From Halobacteriovoraceae bacterium (lineage in GTDB: Bacteria; Bdellovibrionota; Bacteriovoracia; Bacteriovoracales; Bacteriovoracaceae), in NCBI GenBank assembly GCA_963719505.1, contig CAVRCF010000002.1, positions 160,001 to 224,000 of the forward strand: a stretch of DNA of 64,000 bases. Direction: 5' to 3'. This document shows positions 57,482 to 64,000 of the stretch, one piece after another. A program made the position numbers and the translations under genes. Each line of letters opens with the position of its first letter. The stretch's first letter is position 1. Below the pieces are notes generated by a model, which did no database searches, was not told where the DNA came from, and saw only the letters and a list, made by a program, of their open reading frames with translations.

Positions 57482-58040
57482 AAAAAAGTTTTCGATTAAA
57501 AAGATGTTTCTTACTTTAACATTGATTGGAGTTGGTCTCTACAGTTTAAAAACTTTTGCCTCAGGATCTGAGCACAAGATGAATAACGGTGATCAAATAA
57601 AGATGAATGATCAAACTCGTAAAAGCTTAGATGAAAAGTCAAAAGGGCAAGTTATGGCTGTCTTAAGAATCAATGAGAAGTTACATGATTCCTTTTATAC
57701 TTATGATAAAGAGAGTATTGAAGTCAATGCTAAGAAGCTAAAAGAGTCAATTGATGAGGTTTCAAACCCAGAAATATCAAAGTTATTAAAATTCTCACAA
57801 GGAAAGCTCAGTAACATAAAATCCTCTAATGATAGAGAGACTAATAATAAAAATTATCATCTAGTATCTATGGCACTAATTCATATAATCAACACATATA
57901 ATGTAGGTAAAGACTATAATGCTTACTCTTGTCCTATGGTTAAAAAGAAGTGGCTTCAAAACTCAAAAAAAGTATCAAAAATTCACAACCCTTATGCACC
58001 AGGTATGCCACATTGTGGAAGTCAAGATTCGAGTTATTAA
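57462..58040 (+). CDS. DUF3347-like periplasmic metal-binding protein
   Basis: AGGAG RBS, ATG 57462; YSCPMVKKKWLQ...NPYAPGMPHCG. Confidence 0.78.
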   Translation: MTCPNCEKKFSIKKMFLTLTLIGVGLYSLKTFASGSEHKMNNGDQIKMNDQTRKSLDEKSKGQVMAVLRINEKLHDSFYTYDKESIEVNAKKLKESIDEVSNPEISKLLKFSQGKLSNIKSSNDRETNNKNYHLVSMALIHIINTYNVGKDYNAYSCPMVKKKWLQNSKKVSKIHNPYAPGMPHCGSQDSSY

Positions 58041-58063
58041 TATAGATCTACAAAGGAAGTAGT

Positions 58064-58390
58064 ATGAAATTATTTATAGTATCAAGTTTAAGTCTGTTTC
58101 TATTGAGCTCATGTTCTCACCATCATAAACAAGATGGAGGACACCATCATCATAAGTGTATGCAAAGTTGTGAAATGCACAGTAAAAAGGGTGAAGCGTT
58201 TAATAAGCACTGCGCAATGTCTATGGCAATGGGAGATATCCATGTTGCCGGTAGTGAAGATTATAAAATTGTTCACGGCGGTGAAACCTATTATTTCTCA
58301 ACTAAAGAAAAAATGATTGAGTTTAGAAAAAATATAAATAAAAATATACAGCGAGCGAATCGCTTCTGGACAGTTGGTGACAAGCGATAG
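58064..58390 (+). CDS. His-rich lipoprotein with YHS-like domain
   Basis: Paralog of 45358-45687. Confidence 0.75.
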   Translation: MKLFIVSSLSLFLLSSCSHHHKQDGGHHHHKCMQSCEMHSKKGEAFNKHCAMSMAMGDIHVAGSEDYKIVHGGETYYFSTKEKMIEFRKNINKNIQRANRFWTVGDKR

Positions 58391-58426
58391 GGATTGAGTT
58401 TTTAAGCTAAGTAGAATGTTATTTTT

Positions 58427-58464
58427 CTTGTAAGAATGTTTAAAAAACTAAACATTCTTACAAG
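58427..58464. terminator. Perfect 16-bp inverted repeat after the cus operon (terminator or operator)
   Basis: CTTGTAAGAATGTTTA-aaaaac-TAAACATTCTTACAAG. Confidence 0.5.
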
Positions 58465-58472
58465 TGACATGC

Positions 58473-58489
58473 ATACCCCCCTGGTGTAT
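58473..58489. promoter_or_regulatory. CsoR-type operator
   Basis: ATACCCCCCTGGTGTAT just upstream of the multicopper oxidase RBS. Confidence 0.7.
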
Positions 58490-58512
58490 ACTCCGTTTAA
58501 AGGAGTTACTCA

Positions 58513-60760
58513 ATGTTTTTTAAGTTATCTATTCTAATACTGATCACTTTAAGTTCAAATTTACAGGCTAAGACAAAAAAGTATACTTTAACTATTACTA
58601 AAGGCGATTATCAGGTTGGCAATAATATCTATAAAGATAGAATTCTTGTAAATGGCTCAATGCCAGCTCCTGAGTTAATATTTACTGAAGGCCAAACTGC
58701 AAAGATTAAGGTTATAAATAAGCTTAAAGATAAAACACTAATCCACTGGCATGGTTTACTAATAAAAAATGATCAGGATGGTGTGCCCTACGTTAATTCA
58801 ATGCCCATAGAACCATTTTCTGAAAAGACTTATGAATTCAAATTAATTCAATCCGGTACTTATTGGTACCACTCTCATGTAATGTATCAAGAAGAGGACG
58901 GCCTATATGGGGCTTTCACTATTTATCCTAAAAAAGGGAAAAGTAACTTACCAGAAAAAACAGTTATCTTGTCTGATCTTTCTCATGATGGAGGAGAAAC
59001 GATTCAAAAGAATTTAAAAAAACAGGGTGAATATTACGACGTTAAAAAAGGCACAGTTCAGTCATGGCTAAAAGCTTTTCAAACTAGTAACGTATCAACA
59101 AAGTTTAGAAACAGTTTTCAGCGAATGGAAGGCATGGACTATGCTGATATTGCTTATGATGAATTTATAGCAAATGGAAATCCTCAAATTAAATTGTTTG
59201 AAAATCTCGATTACAATAAAAATAATAAAGTAAAGCTAAGGATCATTAACGGTTCTGCAACAAGCATATACAAGCTCACTTATGGAGGAGATTATATTAC
59301 TGTTATTGGTGCTGACGGTCTAGATGTTGAGCCTGTTAAGGTTAAATCACTTCCAATTAGTGTTGCTGAAACATACGATATTCTACTCAATGTTGAAAAT
59401 AATAAAACTCTAGAACTTAGAGCAACCTCTATAGATAATACGGGAAAAGCTTCAATGCTTATTGGTAATAGTACTGATGAATTTGTAAGTGCCTCTGAGA
59501 TGCCTTGGGAACATCCAATCGCAGTCTCTATGGGAGAGATGATGGGCATGAAGGAAATGGGGTTCTTTTCTGGGCTTTTAATGAATTATAGAAACGAGTT
59601 TAAAGATATACCTAAAGATATAGAGTATTTGATTTTAGAGAATTACTCATATCCTGATATGAAAACTTTAAAGCCTATGATGAATGAAATGAGTCATATG
59701 GACATGCAAAAGTCTAAAGAGCAATCTTTTAGAATTATGAATAGGAATGAAGATATAAGAGAAAGTAATGTTTTAAAGAATAGTAAGCAAAACGAAGAAG
59801 TCTATAAAGAACTTACTTATGGTTTGTTAAAGGATGTTGAACCCATACAGATCAAAAAAAATCAAAAACTAAGAGTCGTAAACTTCACACTCAACGGAAA
59901 TATGAATAGATACATATGGTCGATAAATGGAAGGCCTGTTGGCCCAGAAAACTTATATAAAAATAAATAAAGGTGAAAGAGTAAGATTCGTTATGAAAAA
60001 TACAACAATGATGAACCATCCTATGCATCTTCATGGACATTTTTTCAGAGTAATGACTAACCAAAGAAAATGGTCTGTGAAAAAACATACTGTGAATGTT
60101 GCACCTCTGGATCAAGTTGTAATTGAGTTTGATGCGAATGAAGAAAAGGATTGGTTTTTTCACTGTCATATTCTTTATCATATGATGGGAGGTATGACTC
60201 GGATAGTTCGCTACGAGAATAACCCAGGATCTATTAAGTTGGAAAAAGCCAGAGAAGAATCTGAAGAATTCAATTTTGCAGATAAATACTTTTTGCGTTC
60301 AAGAAATTTTATTCAAAATAATTACTTTAGAACTGAAACATCTTTATTTAATTCATTTTATGCTTTTGATTTTGATATATTGGGGAATTACGATGGAAAT
60401 ATGGAAGGAGAGGTTCATGTTTCAAGAATTCTAACAAGGTATTTAGAACCGTATATTGGTGTGAAAACTGAGGCTGAGGAGGGAATCTATAAGTCTACGC
60501 CAACAGTGGGATTTACTTGGGTACTTCCATTAAATATATCAATCGACCTAAAATATCAGCCTGAGTTAGAGAAAGATTTTGAATTAGAGTTTGAAAGTGA
60601 AATACAATTAACTTCAAAGCTACAATTTAATTACGAATACAGTTCAATTCGTAACTTTTATAGTGAACTAGAGTATCGACAGACAAAGAATTTGTCGTTT
60701 GTTACTAGTTATAACAGGACATACAATAAATGGGGACTGGGCCTCGGATACACTTATTAA
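58513..60760 (+). CDS. Multicopper oxidase (CopA-like) with C-terminal beta-barrel-like extension; split by one +1 frameshift near 59950
   Basis: HWHG and WYHSH in the first ORF; HPMHLHGH and HCHILYHM..GM in the second; removing one A from GAAAAC joins the frames (GPETYIKINKGERVR). Confidence 0.85.
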
Positions 60761-60784
60761 TAAAGACATAAATTTAGGAGTAAT

Positions 60785-61510
60785 ATGAAAGCAAAATTAT
60801 ATAGAATGGTTACAAATGAGCATATTTGTCCTTACGGAATAAAGTCTAAGGATCTTCTCAAAAGTGAGGGGTACGACGTAGAAGATGTACACCTTACAAC
60901 AAGAGAAGAGACAGACTCTTTTAAATCAAAATACGATGTTAAAACCACACCTCAAACTTTTATTGATGATAAGAGAGTGGGAGGTTATGACGATTTGGTG
61001 AAGCATTTTAATCGTTCCACATTAAAACAGGAGGGAACGACTTATCAGCCAATCATAGCAGTGTTTTCAACTACTTTGTTTATGTCCTTGGCTTTAGTGT
61101 TCTCAAGTTCAAAATCATTAACTTTTATTCCTGTTTTGGAGTATTTCATTGCTACTAGTATGTGCGTTTTAGCTATATTGAAATTACGTGATTTATACAC
61201 TTTTTCTAATAGCTTCATTACTTATGATGTCATAGGGAAGCGATTTGTAAAATATGCTTATATTTATCCCTTCGCTGAAATGATCGCGGGAGTTGGAATG
61301 TTATCAGGGTTACTTACTCCGTACGTAGCATCAATTTCAATCTTTATTGGAATGGTAGGAAGTATCTCTGTTGTAAAAGCTGTTTATATTGAAAAGCGAG
61401 ATTTGAAGTGTGCGTGTGTTGGAGGAGATAGTAATGTTCCATTGGGATTTATATCTCTAACTGAAAATATTATGATGCTTGGAATGGGAATTTGGATGTT
61501 GATTAAATAA
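60785..61510 (+). CDS. Glutaredoxin-MauE/DoxX fusion membrane protein
   Basis: HICPYG, TTPQTFID...GGYDDL; YPFAE, LKCACVGG...PLGFISLTEN. Confidence 0.85.
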   Translation: MKAKLYRMVTNEHICPYGIKSKDLLKSEGYDVEDVHLTTREETDSFKSKYDVKTTPQTFIDDKRVGGYDDLVKHFNRSTLKQEGTTYQPIIAVFSTTLFMSLALVFSSSKSLTFIPVLEYFIATSMCVLAILKLRDLYTFSNSFITYDVIGKRFVKYAYIYPFAEMIAGVGMLSGLLTPYVASISIFIGMVGSISVVKAVYIEKRDLKCACVGGDSNVPLGFISLTENIMMLGMGIWMLIK

Positions 61511-61532
61511 TTAATATAATAAGGAGAAAAAG

Positions 61533-61856
61533 ATGAAAAAAATTGTTTTAATTTTATGTTTATCTAGTTTTAATGTGTTTGCTTTCAATGTAAGCGAACA
61601 AGATATTGTGGATAACCTACTATTATCAGACAAAGCGTTGAACTCTTACATTTCTACTGTTGAAAGCACAAAAGGTGTAAAATGTCAGTTGATGAAAGAG
61701 TTAACTTCAGTTTATCCATTTTCAAATGGAGCTTTAGGCTTTACTACAAGTTTTGAGTGTTACAATGCTATGAATGAGTTAATTTTCGATTATTTAGTTA
61801 AGGGTGATATATTCTCAAAAACTGATTTTGTATCAACTCGAATTACAACTTTATAA
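61533..61856 (+). CDS. Hypothetical secreted protein
   Basis: AAGGAG RBS; signal peptide. Confidence 0.7.
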   Translation: MKKIVLILCLSSFNVFAFNVSEQDIVDNLLLSDKALNSYISTVESTKGVKCQLMKELTSVYPFSNGALGFTTSFECYNAMNELIFDYLVKGDIFSKTDFVSTRITTL

Positions 61857-61980
61857 TACTGAAAACTAAATGTATCTAAAGCCAGCTTGTCTGTAATAGG
61901 CTGGTTTTAAGACATAAAATAAGTATAAATAAGAATACTCTATACTATAAATCTACAATGGAGAATTTACCTACTCCTTT

Positions 61981-61998
61981 TATACCCACTGGGGGTAT
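61981..61998. promoter_or_regulatory. CsoR-type operator
   Basis: TATACCCACTGGGGGTAT. Confidence 0.72.
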
Positions 61999-62109
61999 GG
62001 TATGCTTGATTTCATATAATCTATAAAACAGCGAATTAAGTTGTGATTTTGATCAATGCAGTTTCTCTGTAACTTATTGATAAGAATACACTTAGATAAG
62101 GTGATGTAA

Positions 62110-62637
62110 ATGAATAGTGATACTTATGGTAAAAGCCAAGAATTGATTGTTGTACTAGAAAACCCTCATAGTGTAATCCAATTAAGCAAGATGGTTGAAA
62201 GTGTAATCAGGCTTGGAGCTGATCGTTTATATGTTGTTGACAATAGAAAGCCTTTACCTGATGACTGGAAAGTTTTTTATTATGAGCAGTCAAAATTAAA
62301 GTCTTCCTCTTCAAACATAAACTCAAATCTTACAAAGCGATTTAATGGTACACATGAATGTTTTGATGAGTTACTCAAAAAAGGTTTTGTTTCTATTGCA
62401 GCCACTACAAGTATACATGATAAAGAGTTTTATAATTTAGATGAGGTTAATTATGCAGATATTGAGAAACTAGCAATATGGTTTGGAAGTGAAACGGGAG
62501 GTATTAGTGAGGATGTTCTCGTTAGAAGTAACTGCATAATAACTGTTCCTACAGTTGGCTTTGTAGAAGTTATTAATACAGCGACTTTAATTAGCCAGGT
62601 TCTGTATGAAGTTTCTAGTCAGACACGAAAAGCATAG
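62110..62637 (+). CDS. SpoU/TrmH-like RNA methyltransferase, divergent
   Basis: VVLENP, IWFGSETGGIS, VLYE motifs; motif 1 degenerate. Confidence 0.72.
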   Translation: MNSDTYGKSQELIVVLENPHSVIQLSKMVESVIRLGADRLYVVDNRKPLPDDWKVFYYEQSKLKSSSSNINSNLTKRFNGTHECFDELLKKGFVSIAATTSIHDKEFYNLDEVNYADIEKLAIWFGSETGGISEDVLVRSNCIITVPTVGFVEVINTATLISQVLYEVSSQTRKA

Positions 62638-62974
62638 CTTGATAGATGCTCGATACCTTTTTAAGAAAAAGGTGAACATAGGAGCTTTGCTTTTGATCTG
62701 GTTTTCTAGTACATCTATGTGAATGGGTGAGAATATTAATGTTCCCATGAAATAGCTGTCTGTTAGAAGTGGTGGGTATGTAGAGAGTAGATTTATCAAA
62801 AAACTTACAACTACTATTTGGCGGGATTATTATCTCTCGAAGCCACATAGTTGTCATATAATAAGTTTAACGTCTATGCAAATCAATGAGAATGAGTTTA
62901 CTTGAGCTTGGGTGTCTAATCTTTATACATTATTGTTCTAAACCATGTAAACGATTCTCATTCGTTGTTTCCGC

Positions 62975-62989
62975 TACCCCCCTGGGGTA
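62975..62989. promoter_or_regulatory. CsoR-type operator
   Basis: TACCCCCCTGGGGTA upstream of the second multicopper oxidase. Confidence 0.72.
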
Positions 62990-63032
62990 TCCTGGGTTTA
63001 GTTAGAAACAAAAGTAATCTATGGAGCCACAA

Positions 63033-64000
63033 ATGTACTTATTAAAGAAATCCTTCTTTCTATTAGCGCTAGCCTTAAGTTTTAACACTTTTGCAAAGGT
63101 TGTAGAGTACGAGCTAAACGTCGAACACAAAACCGTCAATTTTACAGGAGTCGATGTTAAACACGCATTAGCCATTAATGGCTCAATTCCAGCACCAACA
63201 CTTAAATTCAAAAAAGGTGATACAGCTCTAATAACAGTTAACAATAAGACAAATGAGCCAACAACTCTTCATTGGCATGGATTATTAGTGCCTTGGGATC
63301 AAGATGGACCTCAATTTGCCAACACCCTTATTATTGAGCCAGGAAAAACTTATGTTTTTGAATTTCCTCTAACCCATACAGGAACCTATTGGTATCATTC
63401 TCATACGGAACTCCAAGAACAACGAGGTCTTTACGGCGCCATAGTTATTGAAGATGATCACGACCGTTTTGAAACGGATCACGATATTGAAGTGGTAATG
63501 AGTGATTGGACTAACGAGCATCCGGATCAAGTCTTAGCAAACCTTAAAATGGACGGAGATTATTACGTTTATAAGAAAAACACTAATACATCAATTTATA
63601 GTGCAATTAGAGCAGGAAAGTTTTGGGACTACGTTAAAAGTGAATGGACCAAAATGGGCCCCATGGACTTAAGTGATGTAGGCTATGATGCATTTTTAAT
63701 TAACGGAAAACAAAATCAAAGTCTAATGAATATAAAGGCTGGAGACACTGTAAGGCTCCGCTTAATAAATGCTTCTGCTTCAACTTATTTTTATGCCAAT
63801 CTTGGAAAATTATTTGATTTTAAAGTTATCACTAAAGATGGTGTTGAGATACAACCTCTTGAGGTAAATGAAATTTTAATTGGTATTGCTGAGACTTACG
63901 ATATTATTTTTACCATGCCAGAACATAAGGCACTAGAGTTTAAAGCAACTGCTCAGGATATTACGGGAGCTGGAAGTTTAATTTTAGGAAAAGGTCATCA
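63033..64000 (+). CDS. Second multicopper oxidase, 3' end outside the window
   Basis: Manual translation MYLLKKSFFLLALALSFNTFA...NGSIPAPTL...LHWHG...YWYHSH...LRLINAS; not in the ORF track. Confidence 0.9.
   Translation, partial: MYLLKKSFFLLALALSFNTFAKVVEYELNVEHKTVNFTGVDVKHALAINGSIPAPTLKFKKGDTALITVNNKTNEPTTLHWHGLLVPWDQDGPQFANTLIIEPGKTYVFEFPLTHTGTYWYHSHTELQEQRGLYGAIVIEDDHDRFETDHDIEVVMSDWTNEHPDQVLANLKMDGDYYVYKKNTNTSIYSAIRAGKFWDYVKSEWTKMGPMDLSDVGYDAFLINGKQNQSLMNIKAGDTVRLRLINASASTYFYANLGKLFDFKVITKDGVEIQPLEVNEILIGIAETYDIIFTMPEHKALEFKATAQDITGAGSLILGKGH

Larger units (their letters stand above)
32921..64000. mobile_element. Probable genomic island integrated at the ssrA 3' end (metal resistance cargo); right end outside the window
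   Basis: Begins at the tmRNA 3' end; arm-site-like repeats at 33054-33086; XRE gene; visibly more AT-rich; dense metal-resistance genes. No integrase in the window. Confidence 0.55.

Noticed and set aside
59927-59970. Programmed frameshift in the multicopper oxidase
   Set aside because: No clear slippery heptamer or stimulator; same +1 A pattern as the czcC breaks, so error or mutation is more parsimonious.

Overview
AT-rich bacterial chromosomal segment. Gene style (prepilin-like ORF, PilZ protein, many orphan secreted proteins and lipoproteins, tmRNA tag GNNEYAMAA) suggests Bdellovibrionota, Bacteriovoracaceae-like; this is inference, not a database result. (1) 1-18.2 kb is mostly housekeeping (serB, pgsA, glpX, yggS, 2OG-Fe(II) oxygenase, GST, arfB, peroxiredoxin) but contains a tandem array of four paralogous lipoproteins with long acidic G-[YF]-x-[DEN] repeat stalks and a conserved C-terminal domain. 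(2) 18.3-30.1 kb is accessory. A stand-alone receiver gene is cut off from a tightly coupled operon (heme-oxygenase-like diiron enzyme, YjeH-like amino-acid exporter, LivJ-type periplasmic binding protein, histidine kinase, gamma-glutamylcyclotransferase) by an ISNCY/IS1202-type element, which itself carries a nested IS66 (ISBst12-like) copy. A second IS66 copy lies 6.6 kb away. This operon looks like a self-contained make-export-sense signalling module and is the best candidate for an undescribed system. (3) Three paralogous secreted/membrane proteins and tmRNA (ssrA) follow. (4) From the ssrA 3' end to the window end is a probable genomic island for metal homeostasis: a CzcA-type RND operon with unusual accessory parts, CDF transporters, a DtxR-family regulator, a cytochrome c/FTR1 permease, CsoR with four visible operators, CusCBA, and two multicopper oxidases. 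Several +1 frameshifts in A-runs there probably reflect sequencing error.
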